A stretch of DNA of 57,787 bases from an uncultured cyanobacterium (GCA_963807635.1 CAWEDJ010000102.1:1-57787), one strand, 5' to 3'; positions 20,322 through 31,039 are shown, numbered from the stretch's first letter. Notes: generated from the letters alone by a model not told the origin. Made by a program: numbers and translations.

Positions 20322-22191
20322 TGTCAGTTGGTTTTTCTGGGTTTTTATACTTTAGGATTCCTTCTGCAACTAAGGGGGCAAGAAATTGTTTACGAAGATA
20401 ATCTGGGTTCTTGTTAAGGAGCTGCCCTAATGTCTCTTTCGTCAAATAATCCTTGGAACACAGTTGAATAATGATATTTCGCATGATATTAGGCTGAACA
20501 CGGGCTTTTTGGCTGATTTCTACACATTGTTTTTGAAGTTCTGGTTCTATTTCCGAGCTTGGGTTATAAGTTTCCGAGTTCGGGCTATAACTCCCTGAGC
20601 TTGGGTCATAACTCCCTGAGCTTGGGTCATAACTCCCTGAGCTTGGGTCATAACTCCCTGAGCTTGGGTCATAATTCTCTAAGGTGGGAGTTATCGGATC
20701 AGAGGGTTCTTCATTTACTAAGGAATACCTGGTGCCTCGGCAGCGTCCTTTCTGTACGAGCCAACCTTTATCTACTAGGTTTTTGAGGCGATCGCCAATA
20801 TCTCTGGGATGTTCAGTTCTGTAGCGTTGAATATCTAGGTTGCTGACTTCACCGAAATTATGAGTCAAAGCCAAGATCATTCTATCCAGTTCACTTAGCT
20901 GAGTATAATTTTCACCGACAACTGCTTTCAGATCGGTTTCAATATATTCAGGAATCAAGCTAATCATCGGAAGAACAACGTTTGTCATATCCAGATCAAG
21001 TTTTTCTGAAACCAGAGGTTTTAGCCATTGTTGTTCATTCCATGCTCTTAAGATTTTTCCAAATCCTGAGCCAGCTTTCTCTCCTAAACCGAGCATTTGA
21101 AACATTTTTTGTAGGTTTGGGTTGCGAGGATCGCTTATTCCGCCCTGATAAAGTGCCTCTAAGGAAATACGGAGGCGACCTGGATCGAAGAAGCCATAGC
21201 GATCTGGCAATTTTGCAATCACTATGGGACGGGTTGATTGATGATCCGCATGAATCAGCGTATTAACAAGGGCTTCTCTCAGGGCTTCATGGACATGGGT
21301 TTCTCCTTTGCGGACTGCATCTTTTTCTAATTGAAAAGGCACATCTAAGTCTTTGACCAAACGACCATAGACTAAGTAGTAAAAGTTAAAGAGGTTTGGT
21401 TCCCATTTGCCATCCAGGGTTACGCGATATGTCCAGCGTTCTTCAGGATCATTCGATAGTCTTTCTTGATAATCCAATTGGTAATAAGGAAAGACTTCTA
21501 ATATGCTACGTTCCATGCCAAACATGAGTAAACCTGCGACGGTTAACCCCTCTTTTCCTGAATTGCGTTCTGTTTTCCAACCCCCTAGTTTTTGCAGAAG
21601 ATTTTGATCATCAAGAGCTAACCAGGGATGATCGGGTTCTCGGTTACTAAAGCGTTGACGAAAGGTTTTTATCGTTTCTGGATCGAGGGTCTTCCAGCCC
21701 GTAATCTTCTAGGAGTTGAAAATCCTGGGGATCGTCACTGGCATCCCTTAACATTTGTCGAACTTCTGTTTCTGTACAGTTGTAATCCCCTTCATGGTTT
21801 CGTTTATAAGTCCCTGTCATAGGATTGTTATTGATATAAACAGGGCGTTGTTCCCTCCTGGCTCGCGGAACATGAATTATCAGAATCGAATGCTCTCCCG
21901 GGTACAGATTTCTATATCGGAATTAGAGCAAATATTTGTACTTAATTTTCGGCGATTGTTATGAACGTCCCAAAATTGTTTTTGGAGATGTTGGGGATTA
22001 GAGACTCCTACAATCTCGAATCTGCCTCGTTTTTCCTTAACACCTAAGACGATATAGCCACCATCGGTATTGGCAAAAGAGGAGACGGTTTCCCAAATAT
22101 CATTGGATAATTCCCCTTCAGACAATTTGAATTCATAGTCTTGATCTTCGCCGATGTCTATTTGTTGTAGTAGTTGATCTCTCTCCATCAT
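20260..22191 (-). CDS. Schlafen/AlbA_2 plus HATPase_c_4 (RecG C-terminal-like) plus wHTH protein, broken by frameshifts
   Basis: N-terminus EDQDYEFK..ETVSSFANTDGGYIVLGV, C-terminal part ALREALVNTLIHAD, PRNP.L..MF..LGLGEKAGSG. The linking region is in other frames. Confidence 0.8.
20551..20674. repeat. 21-bp coding tandem repeat (4 exact plus 2 degenerate units)
   Basis: CTCCCTGAGCTTGGGTCATAA x4 at 20591-20674, encoding YDPSSGS repeats on the minus strand. Confidence 0.93.
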
Positions 22192-22241
22192 TGTTTCTCG
22201 GTTACGTTATACTTCTGTGTTGGTTCGTGATTGGAATTGCC

Positions 22242-23438
22242 TTAGAGTTCGCCTTTAAAGGCTTTGTCGAGGATGGAGGGGAGCAGGGCATCAAGTTCGG
22301 CGGCGGTTTCTGTTTGGAGGTGTTTAAGGGCATCTATTTTGTCTTGGAGATCGTCGAGATAGACAACGATATGGTGTTGTTCTTCAACTGAAGGAACTGG
22401 AATTGGCAATTTTCGTAGGTCATTTAATGAAATATTCGGTCTTGCTGTCTCTACCTTACCTTCATGAATAATATTTTGAGCGTTTCTACTGAGTAAAAAA
22501 TACATTAGGTAATGGCTATTTATTTTTGAGTAATCAGGAGAAATCACTGCGACAGCTTGATTTATATTTGCGTCCTCAAATTCTTCTACGACTACACAGG
22601 CACGACCAATTGATGCACCAACTAAGTTAATTAGAACATCACCATTTGTTAATTGTGAGCGACTTAATTTCTGGTGAAAGTCCAAAGGAATATATGTTTT
22701 TGAGCTTAAATCTAGCTTTCCCCATAAGACGTTTTCACTTCTAATGAAAAGTACGCCTGATTCTTGATAACTAAAGCCCTGCCAACTAGGAGATTCACCT
22801 TTGGTAATTCGTTGAGAAAGAGTATTTAAAGGAGATTTAGGATATTGTTTGAAAATAGTTTGACTATAGTTTTGTCTTAAGTAAGATATTTCATCAAGAC
22901 TTTGTTTTCGTAAGCCCCTTGCTTCGGCAATCGACGTTGCCAATTTCTCGATCCGCGCCACAATTCGCCGTTGTTCTTCTATAGATGGAAGAGGGATTTC
23001 TAGGTTTAAAAACTTATCTTCTTTGAGACGTACACGATTAGTCGTACCTTCACTAGCTACTTTACAAAGATCAATAAAATCAGGTGTTTTACTTAGCCAT
23101 CCAAGATATTGAGGAAGTAATTTTGCAGGATTGGTATTAAAAACAGGAAACTCATTAGTAACGATTGATCCGTCGCAATCAGAAGAAATAACACCAGATG
23201 CTCCGTGTCGTGCATCAATTCGAGAAATAATGAATTGTTGAGGACGAACGACTAACATCTTTTTTGCAGATATTTCTGAGCCTTTGACTAGACCCCGTTC
23301 TACTATTCCTTGACCCCACATACGCACAGTTAATAACCGATAAGTTATGTCTGGATCAGGTTCAATCCATTCTTCCGATTTAGACAGAATGTGCTGAAGA
23401 GAAATTTTGGGATAGGTCGTTATTTCCTGCCATGCCAT
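22242..23438 (-). CDS. hsdS: Type I R-M specificity subunit
   Basis: Two TRDs, each followed by IPLPSIEEQRRIV or IPVPSVEEQHHIV. Ends SILDKAFKGEL. Confidence 0.93.
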   Translation of the reverse strand: MAWQEITTYPKISLQHILSKSEEWIEPDPDITYRLLTVRMWGQGIVERGLVKGSEISAKKMLVVRPQQFIISRIDARHGASGVISSDCDGSIVTNEFPVFNTNPAKLLPQYLGWLSKTPDFIDLCKVASEGTTNRVRLKEDKFLNLEIPLPSIEEQRRIVARIEKLATSIAEARGLRKQSLDEISYLRQNYSQTIFKQYPKSPLNTLSQRITKGESPSWQGFSYQESGVLFIRSENVLWGKLDLSSKTYIPLDFHQKLSRSQLTNGDVLINLVGASIGRACVVVEEFEDANINQAVAVISPDYSKINSHYLMYFLLSRNAQNIIHEGKVETARPNISLNDLRKLPIPVPSVEEQHHIVVYLDDLQDKIDALKHLQTETAAELDALLPSILDKAFKGEL

Positions 23439-25012
23439 TATTTTTGTTTCTCCTTAATTGCAGTTTTAATATTACCTAAAATCTCTAAAATTTGCTGTTC
23501 TTTTTGCCAAATATCAGCAATTAACTCCTCTGGAGGCTTATGAACCAACACTTCCAAACCATTGGGATTTTTAATATCTAGATTAGCCGAAAGTAACGTA
23601 TCACCATCGTATTTGAGAATATCCGAGACAGACACCTTCCAAGCCCGATCATTTTCCTCTCGGTTATGCCACCACGCCAAACAATCACTAAACTCCTCGG
23701 ACTGTATCGGCTTCTTTTTCGTGTAATTCTTACGGCCTTCAGGTAGCGGTTGCTCATAAAACCAGATTTCTTTCGTCGGGCCAGACTGATCAAAAAACAA
23801 AATATTCGTCGAAATGCCCGTGTAAGGCGCAAACACCCCATTGGGTAAACGGACAACCGTGTGCAAATTAAACTCCTTGATCAACTTCTCCTTAATACGA
23901 GCGCAGACCCCATCCCCAAATAACGTCCCATTGGGAACTACCACCGCCGCCCGTCCCGCCTTGCCTTTATTTTGCTCAGGACGCTTCAACAACCGCATAA
24001 TCAACTGGAGAAAAAGTAAAGCCGTCTCAGCTGTCTGTAAATCCTTGGGAAAACCCGCCTTTACCGAAACCTCCTCTTCTCCCCCAAACGGTGGATTGGT
24101 CAGAATCACATCAACCCGATCCTTTAACCCCAACTCACTTAACTTCACCGTCAACGAATTACCGTAATTAATCTGGGGACGTTCTAACCCATGCAATAAC
24201 AAATTCATCTGAGCCAGTAGATAGGGTAACGACTTAGCTTCCTGTCCGTAAAGCGTCATCCATTGCAAAATCTCCCTATTTTGGATAGTATTCGCCTGTT
24301 TTGCTAAATAATCGTAAGCCTCCACTAGAAAGCCACCTGTCCCACAGGCAGGATCAAGTAACGTTTCCCCCAACTGAGGAGCCGTAGCCTTCACTATGAA
24401 CTCCACCAAGGGCCGAGGCGTATAAAATTCCCCCGAATCTCCCGCCGCGTCACGCAATTCTCGCAACATGGACTCATACAAATGGCTAAGAGTATGAATC
24501 TCTTCCGATGACCCAAAATTAATACCATTTACCTTATCAACCACATCGCGGAGCAGATAACCCGACTCCATGCGGTTTGTTATCCCCCGAAAAATATTGG
24601 CAATAATTTCCTGTCGTCCCTTGCCATCAGGAGATTGTAAATTTCGTAGATAGGCAAACAGACCTAAACCCCTAGTTCCGTAGGGTCTAGCCGCCTCATC
24701 TTGATTAATAAAAGCGATTAAATTTCGCCCCGTCCACACCTTAGAATCTGTTCCCCAATCCCGCCACCGATAGGGCGCATCAATAATCGGCTGATAGGGT
24801 TTACCTTCCAATAAAGCCGCCTCTTCCTGTACCCGTTCCAGATCGTCTAAAAACTTGAGAAATAGAATCCAAGTTAACAGAGGTAAGCGGTCTAAATCGC
24901 CATTTAAGCCCTTATCCTTCCGCATAATGTCGCGGGTGGACTTGATAATTGATCTCAATTGCTGGGTTGGGGTAACGGACTGTTCTGCGATCGCTTTTTT
25001 CGTTCTGGCCAT
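23438..25012 (-). CDS. hsdM: Type I R-M N6-adenine methyltransferase
   Basis: GEFYTPR, DPACGTGGFL, ILTNPPFGG. Confidence 0.95.
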   Translation of the reverse strand: MARTKKAIAEQSVTPTQQLRSIIKSTRDIMRKDKGLNGDLDRLPLLTWILFLKFLDDLERVQEEAALLEGKPYQPIIDAPYRWRDWGTDSKVWTGRNLIAFINQDEAARPYGTRGLGLFAYLRNLQSPDGKGRQEIIANIFRGITNRMESGYLLRDVVDKVNGINFGSSEEIHTLSHLYESMLRELRDAAGDSGEFYTPRPLVEFIVKATAPQLGETLLDPACGTGGFLVEAYDYLAKQANTIQNREILQWMTLYGQEAKSLPYLLAQMNLLLHGLERPQINYGNSLTVKLSELGLKDRVDVILTNPPFGGEEEVSVKAGFPKDLQTAETALLFLQLIMRLLKRPEQNKGKAGRAAVVVPNGTLFGDGVCARIKEKLIKEFNLHTVVRLPNGVFAPYTGISTNILFFDQSGPTKEIWFYEQPLPEGRKNYTKKKPIQSEEFSDCLAWWHNREENDRAWKVSVSDILKYDGDTLLSANLDIKNPNGLEVLVHKPPEELIADIWQKEQQILEILGNIKTAIKEKQK

Positions 25013-25034
25013 AGGAAAAATTCAAAAGTTTATA

Positions 25035-27893
25035 TTATGCCGCGTATAGATAATCCTGTAACTGATCCACCGCTTTCTTAAGGCGATCGGCTCCGTTAAA
25101 GAATTTAATAATCTCACTGATATTACCCCGTTGGGAAATGGGAGGAATTTTCAGGACATCGGGGATTTTTAATTGGGTCGGCCCATAATCTGTATACTTA
25201 TCTAACAGATCATCCAGAATAGCTCGTGCATCTCCCCCATAAGCATCAAAGAAATCCGTCTGATTTTTTCGCAACCGTTCCGCCCGTTCTTTACGTGTCA
25301 ATAAAGTAGCATTAAACGCTACATGACAGAGTAAATCAAAGGGATCAACCTCTGGCAACCCTAATGTCGCTCCCAAGGCGATCGCACTAATCCCCCGTTC
25401 ATCCAACTGAGCAATCAGCCATTCTCGTTGCTCTGTATTGCGCCAGGAAGCCCTTAAAGCCTCCGTATCGGGATAAATCTTACGCACCTCATCCCCTGTG
25501 TAATCAGCATACTCTACACAGCGCAAGCGATTACCATGGGCATCCAACTCATAGACCAATTCGTGGATAATTTCTACCGTTCCCCCATCTACATAATACT
25601 TGCGGGGTTCCGTTGGTTCGGGGGTCGGATGAAGTCCCCTGGACGACGAGGGGGAGAAACCTCTTCTGCTGTCGGATCAGTGTCCATTTCATCTTGAATC
25701 ACTTCTGTGTCAATTACCTTACCGTCATCATCAATGGTGGCTTCTTCAATAAAAGCAGGATCGCCATTAAAATCTGGGTCAGCAAAATGACTGGTAGCTG
25801 TGCCAGTGTAATCTAATATATTGAAAAATAGCTTGCCGTATTCTTCACGCACCCTAGTTCCTCGTCCCACGACTTGCTTAAATTCGGCACGGGAATTGAT
25901 CACTCGTGCTAGGACAATATTTTTTGTCGTTGGTGCATCTACCCCCGTTGTCAGCATTTGCGAAGTCGTTAGAATCACTGGGGTATCTGTTTCTACGTCC
26001 TGAAACTGCTCTAAATGCCCCTTACCCACGTCTCCCTCATCGGCAGTCACCCGACACACATAATTGGGGTAACTCTTCACCAAATCAGCATTAAGATTAT
26101 TTAATGCCTTTTTCATTTCCAGAGCATGATCCTGATCCACACAGAACACTAAGGTTTTGGCAAAACGGTCGTTTTTTTTCATGAAGTCCGTAACGTGTTG
26201 GGCGATCGCCTCCGTCCTCGCTAGTAAGGCCGACCACCCGATCAAAATCTTTGGTTTGATATTCGTCATCAGGAATTTCTCGTCCATAACGATCTAATTC
26301 CCCTGGAGTCGGTCGCCAACCTGCGGCATCCGCACTGGTTACAATCCGATGAACTCGATAGGGGGATAAAAAGCCATCTTCAATGCCCTGACGTAAAGAA
26401 TAGGTATAGAGGGGATTACCAAAATATTCATAGGTATCGCGGGATTCCTCCTGTAACGGGGTTGCTGTTAATCCCAATTGAATCGCAGGTTCAAAATAGG
26501 TCAAAATCTCCCGCCAGGAACTTTGTTTCCGTGCCGATCCGCGATGACATTCATCCACAATAATCAGATCAAAAAAGTCCGATGGAAATTCCTTATAAAG
26601 TCCTGAGCGACGTTCATCTTCCGCGATCGCTTGATAGATAGCAAAGTAAATATCCCGACTTTGTACCGCATTGCCCCCTTGAATCTTATAAATCGCATCT
26701 CCAAACGGAGCATAATCCCGATTCATCGGATCATCCACCAGCACATTGCGATCAGCCAAATACAAGATTTTGGGATGGCGAGGAATCCCCTGTAGGTTCC
26801 ATTGACTTGTCCATAGCTTCCAACAGATCTGAAAAGCCGTTGTGGTTTTACCTGTCCCCGTTGCCATCGTTAAGAGTAATCGCTTTTTTCCTTGAAGAAT
26901 GGCTTGTACAGTGCGATTAATAGCAATTTCTTGGTAGTAGCGCGGCTTTTTCCCACTCTGGAGATTATAGGGAGTTAATAATTTATTGATCTGATCAAGA
27001 CCTAACCCTTGGCTCTGACAATACCTCGCCCACAATTCCTGCGGTGTGGGAAAACTGCTCAACTCTAGTTCCCGCCCTGTAGTGAAGTCAAATTCAATAA
27101 TTCCTAAGCCATTGGTCGAGTAAGCAAATTTTAAGTCCAAGATTTCCGCATATTCTTTGGCCTGCTGTAATCCTTGATCAGGTGACTTGTAATTGGGCTT
27201 GGCCTCCACAACGGCAATCGGGAAGTCTCGACGATATTGAAGGATATAGTCTGCCCTTTTTTGTTTTCCGCGTTTAACTTTGTTACCCAGGGTAATAATA
27301 CGCCCATCGGTAAAAGTGCGCTGTTCCGTTATGGAGTAGGGATTCTGCTCCCACCCTGCTTGCCGAAGTTTGGGCAAAATATATTCTCTACAGGTGTCCG
27401 CTTCATTCATAGTGGTTAAATCAATAGCAGCAGGCTTGTATTGTTTACCTTTCCTCCGTGGCCTGTTGCCCAGCCTCTCTTCGATCTCTGCCTGCAAAAG
27501 ATCGAGGCTTAGTGAGGTAACACTAATGAGACCATCTGCAATATCGCTGTACAGATCATTTGAAGAAAATACAACAATTACAAGCTCTTCATCCCTAGTA
27601 TTCCACCTTAATAGATATCGCTTACCATTCTCTGGCAAATTATATTGAGGATCAATATCCCGAAGTTGCTTAAGGGTTTGTCCTGCGGATTGAAAACTAT
27701 AGCCTCGCTCTAGTAAATAATGAACGATGGCAAGATCAATCAAGTCTTCTCGACTGTAATAAACACTATGACCAGTCCCCGAAGCATCAATAGTAGGCAC
27801 AACAATTTCTTGCTTTCGCCAATATTGGGCTTGGCGAACCGTACAACCGACAATCTCTGCTGCCCGTTTTGTCGTAAAAAAAGGCTCTCCCAT
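25035..27893 (-). CDS. hsdR: CvkR (MerR-type CAST repressor) fused to type I restriction subunit HsdR (EcoEI-like), two apparent frameshifts near 26235 and 25620
   Basis: aa 1-~142 form a MerR HTH (FFTTKRAAEIVGCTVRQAQYWR..VVP..GTGHSVYYS). From M162 (27410): NEADT, ADY..VVEAK, MATGTGKT, DECHRGSA, LTATP, TTGVDAP, QVVGRGTR, DPFDLLCHVAF. Confidence 0.88.
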
Positions 27894-27957
27894 TACTTTT
27901 GCTATCTACTCTTTAATTAGATTCAACAATTATACAGAAAAATATTTGTAATTCTAG

Positions 27958-27987
27958 TTGTCATTTATAAAACACATATAGTATTAT
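27958..27987 (+). promoter_or_regulatory. Putative cas12k promoter with candidate CvkR operator
   Basis: TTGTCA-N18-TATTAT. AACACATATAGTATT (27971-27985) matches 8 of the 10 defined positions of AnnACATnATGTnnT. Confidence 0.55.
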
Positions 27988-28007
27988 AGATTTATATTGT
28001 AAGGTCT

Positions 28008-29834
28008 ATGCCAATGAATATTATCTCTATCCAATGCCGTTTAGTCGCTAGTGAGCCAGATCGCCAGCAACTCTGGCAGTTAATGGCATCTAGTCACACG
28101 CCATTGGTTAATACTCTGTTAGATCAGGTAGCTCAACATCCAGAGTTTTTAGAGTGGAAAACGAAAGGTTGTCTCCCAGCCCAAAAATTAGAAGAAATCG
28201 TCAAACAAACACGGCAGCAAGAGCCATTTGCGGGTTTACCTAGCCGATGGATTACCTCTGCACAACGACAGGTTGCCGAGATATACAAATCATGGCTTAA
28301 GCGTCAAGAGCAACTTCTGCGTAAACTATCTGGACAACAGAACTGGTTGGCCATGCTTCGATCTGACGAAGAACTAGCCCAGACTAGTGGATTAACCCTC
28401 GAAGAACTCAAAGAAAAAGCTAGAGAACTTTTAGAACAGGACTGTTCGGACTGGTTTGCTTTCCACCGTGAAGCCGAGGATGATTTGATTCGGAACGCGA
28501 TCGCCTATCTCCTTAAAAATGGTCGTCGCATTCCTAAACATCCAGAGAAGCCCGAAAAATTGGCAAAAAAACGCCGCGCAGTGGAGATCAGAATCGAAAG
28601 ATTGCAGATACAACTGGCGGCGAAATCTCCCAGTGGAAGGGATATGGCAAATGATCATTACAAAAATGCACTCGTGACAGGGGTTAGTAAGCTGTTTGAA
28701 ACCGAAGAAGACTTCAAACAATGGCAGGGACAAGTTACTGCTAATATCAAAAATTTGCCCTTTCCCGTTGAATACACCAGTAATGGCGATTTAAGTTGGT
28801 CTTTAGATACTCAAAAGCGATTATGCGTAAAGTTTAATGGGCTGGGAAAACTAACGTTTAAAATTTATTGCGATCGCCAACAACTTCACCTCTTTCAGCG
28901 TTTTTACGAAGATCAACTGATTTTCAAGCAAAATAAAGCAGATCACTCCCAAGCTCTATTTATGTTGCGATCAGCGACCCTTCTCTGGAAAGAAAGAAAT
29001 AGTAAGGGTGAGCCTTGGCAGGCCAATTATCTTTATCTTCATTGCTGTATAGATACATTGCTTTGGTCACAAGAAGGGACAGCATTAATCCGTCAACAGA
29101 AAGCCGAAAAAACTCAGCAGATGTTGTTGAAGATGAAAGAAAAGCCCGAATTAACCCCATCCCAACAGCAGTATCTAAACAGACAAAAATCACTTTTGAG
29201 AGGTTTAGAAGGTGAATATCCTCGACCTGTACATCGTTTGTATGAAGGTCATGGCCATCTTATTGTCGGTGTTAGTCTTGACATAGAGCAATTAGCATCT
29301 GTGGCGTTAATAGACATACAAAGGGGAGAAATTTTAAGATCTCGTTCTCTAAAACAGTTATTGGGCGAAGACTATGAACTTGTTCATCGATTTCGATACG
29401 AAAAACGTCATAATGCCCATCACAATAAAGTATCTCAACAGAGGGGAAAGCAAACTTCCTCCCAAGAAGCTCAACTTGCTACACACATTGACCGATTACT
29501 TGCAAAAGCGATTATTTCTTTTGCCCAAGAAAATTTGGCTGGGAGCGTTGCTCTACCGAAAATACGGGACATTCGTGAAGTTGTGCAATCACAAATTCAG
29601 GCAAGAGCGGAAGAACGTATTCCTGATAGTCAAGAACTCCAGCGACAGTATGCAAAGCAATATCGTATTAATGCCCATCGTTGGAGTTACGGAAGGCTAC
29701 TTGATGCTATCCGTAACCGAGCTAATAAACGAGGCTTGGTCGTGGAGGAAGGGATTCATTCCCTTAATAATACAGCAATAGAACAGGCTAAGGGAGTTGC
29801 CTTAAGTGCCTACGCCCTTCGGAATATTGCCTAA
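28008..29834 (+). CDS. cas12k: Type V-K effector Cas12k (nuclease-inactive)
   Basis: ISIQCRLVASE..RQQLWQLMA..TPLVN, LPFP, KIYCDRQQLHLFQRF, inactivated RuvC-I IVGVSL, AKQYRINAHRWSYGRL. Confidence 0.96.
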   Translation: MPMNIISIQCRLVASEPDRQQLWQLMASSHTPLVNTLLDQVAQHPEFLEWKTKGCLPAQKLEEIVKQTRQQEPFAGLPSRWITSAQRQVAEIYKSWLKRQEQLLRKLSGQQNWLAMLRSDEELAQTSGLTLEELKEKARELLEQDCSDWFAFHREAEDDLIRNAIAYLLKNGRRIPKHPEKPEKLAKKRRAVEIRIERLQIQLAAKSPSGRDMANDHYKNALVTGVSKLFETEEDFKQWQGQVTANIKNLPFPVEYTSNGDLSWSLDTQKRLCVKFNGLGKLTFKIYCDRQQLHLFQRFYEDQLIFKQNKADHSQALFMLRSATLLWKERNSKGEPWQANYLYLHCCIDTLLWSQEGTALIRQQKAEKTQQMLLKMKEKPELTPSQQQYLNRQKSLLRGLEGEYPRPVHRLYEGHGHLIVGVSLDIEQLASVALIDIQRGEILRSRSLKQLLGEDYELVHRFRYEKRHNAHHNKVSQQRGKQTSSQEAQLATHIDRLLAKAIISFAQENLAGSVALPKIRDIREVVQSQIQARAEERIPDSQELQRQYAKQYRINAHRWSYGRLLDAIRNRANKRGLVVEEGIHSLNNTAIEQAKGVALSAYALRNIA

Positions 29835-29882
29835 GCTGTTCCGATCTATCTAAAGATTTGCACCTTGACAATTAAATATGGA

Positions 29883-30101
29883 AACAACAGTGCCGCAGTT
29901 TATGTTCTTCGAGCCTCTGGACTGCGATAAGTATGGGGTAGTTTAACCGTCGGTAAACGGTCTTGCTTTCTGCCCCTAGCAACTGCCCACCCCGATGCTG
30001 CCGACCGATAAGGAAGGGAATTAGGCGCACCCCCAGCAAGAGGATGTGGGTTTACTACAGTGGTGGTTGCTAAATCACCCCTGATCAAGGGGGAATCCAC
30101 C
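29883..30101 (+). ncRNA. Type V-K tracrRNA
   Basis: Shares blocks with the ShCAST tracrRNA (GCCGCA, GCCTCTG, TCTTGCTTTCTG, GATGCTG, CCCAGCAA, ATCACCCC.GATCAAGGGGGAA). Anti-repeat segments CTTTC and AATCCAC. T-rich 3' end. Confidence 0.9.
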
Positions 30102-30349
30102 TTTTTCTTTTTTTGCGCGTCTCTATGGCTGTAAAAGCCTCTTTGTTACAATGCCGCTCTGTATCTGGAAGACATTGAAAATGAACAGGAGACTCCCGCG
30201 CAACAAAGGCAAAGTATATACAGCTTGAGTTTAAGCTTATTCTGGGATGATTAAATTCTCCATTGCTGAAACGAAGATGACTAACTGAGCAAAGTGTCGC
30301 GCAAACCACTCTTGAATTCGTGGTGCAGTTAGGCTTCTGAGGGCAAGGG

Positions 30350-30672
30350 GTTTCAATGTCCATCCCAGTTAGGGGGGGATTGAAAGATACTCTACCGCTT
30401 CCATACCGAGGAAGTCCCGCGTTTCAATGTCCATCCCAGTTAGGGGGGGATTGAAAGTGGCACGTTGAAGCCCAGGTACGTTGGCGTAAACGTTTCAATG
30501 TCCATCCCAGTTAGGGGGGGATTGAAAGGATGCAAGCTTGGCGAGAATTTTCATCTCAACCTGTTTCAATGTCCATCCCAGTTAGGGGTGGGTTAAAAGC
30601 TCGACTTTATCGAAGCCTGCCTCGCAAGTTATGCGGTTTCAATGTCCATCCCAGTTGGGGGTGGGTTAAAAG
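30350..30672 (+). CRISPR. CRISPR array: 5 x 37-bp repeats, 4 spacers (34, 34, 34, 36 nt)
   Basis: GTTTCAATGTCCATCCCAGTTAGGGGGGGATTGAAAG at 30350, 30421 and 30492. Variants ending GTGGGTTAAAAG at 30563 and 30636. Confidence 0.97.
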
Positions 30673-30720
30673 ACATTATATTATTGTGTCAATGACTCAA
30701 GCAATACTAAAGTTAGTCTG

Positions 30721-30749
30721 GTGGATTGAAAGGTAAAACCTTAGCCTTC
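30721..30749 (+). CRISPR. Delocalised homing crRNA: truncated repeat plus 17-nt tRNA-Gly spacer
   Basis: GTGGATTGAAAG (30721-30732) then GTAAAACCTTAGCCTTC (30733-30749), a 17/17 match to tRNA-Gly at 32836-32852 (minus strand) with a GTG PAM. Confidence 0.95.
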
Positions 30750-30767
30750 ATGATTATTTGATCATGG

Positions 30768-30880
30768 GGCGTTGCTGAATCAAAGTATGAATGTGAATTT
30801 TTCACATAGCCCAAAGTCAGTTTGAGTCTAGGTTTTAAAAATCCCATAAAAGAAGATTTATATTTAAAATCAGCAACGCC
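30768..30880 (+). mobile_element. 113-bp MITE-like element, copy 1
   Basis: Terminal IRs GGCGTTGCTGA...TCAGCAACGCC. 106/113 identical to the inverted copy at 32567-32679. No TSD seen. Confidence 0.8.
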
Positions 30881-31004
30881 CTGTCTTTTTTCAATGCTTG
30901 CTGGTTCTCTTCAGATTTTTTTTCAATTACTTAATGATGCACTGATGCTCTTTTGAGGCTTACGCCTTTTCTTTGTCATCGATATATTCACTACTCAATT
31001 GCAT

Positions 31005-31039
31005 AATGCACTCTCTGAAGAGAGCGGTGCATTCTTTTT
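31005..31039 (+). terminator. Hairpin plus T-run upstream of the recombinase gene
   Basis: AATGCAC-TCTCT-GA-AGAGA-GCG-GTGCATT followed by CTTTTT. Confidence 0.4.

Noticed and set aside
30387..30635. Self-targeting by array spacers 1-4
   Set aside because: I found no matching protospacer in this window by eye. Their targets need a database search.
30673..30720. A fifth regular spacer
   Set aside because: It is 48 nt, AT-rich and not followed by a full repeat. It is more likely the linker, degenerate repeat or promoter for the homing unit.
29900..30736. Short ORFs at 29900-30100, 30085-30363 and 30530-30736
   Set aside because: They overlap the tracrRNA, leader and CRISPR repeats and have no recognisable protein features.
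30920..30979. Tiny minus-strand ORF MTKKRRKPQKSISASLSN as a possible recombination directionality factor
   Set aside because: Only 18 codons, with no clear RBS or recognisable motif. It cannot be supported.
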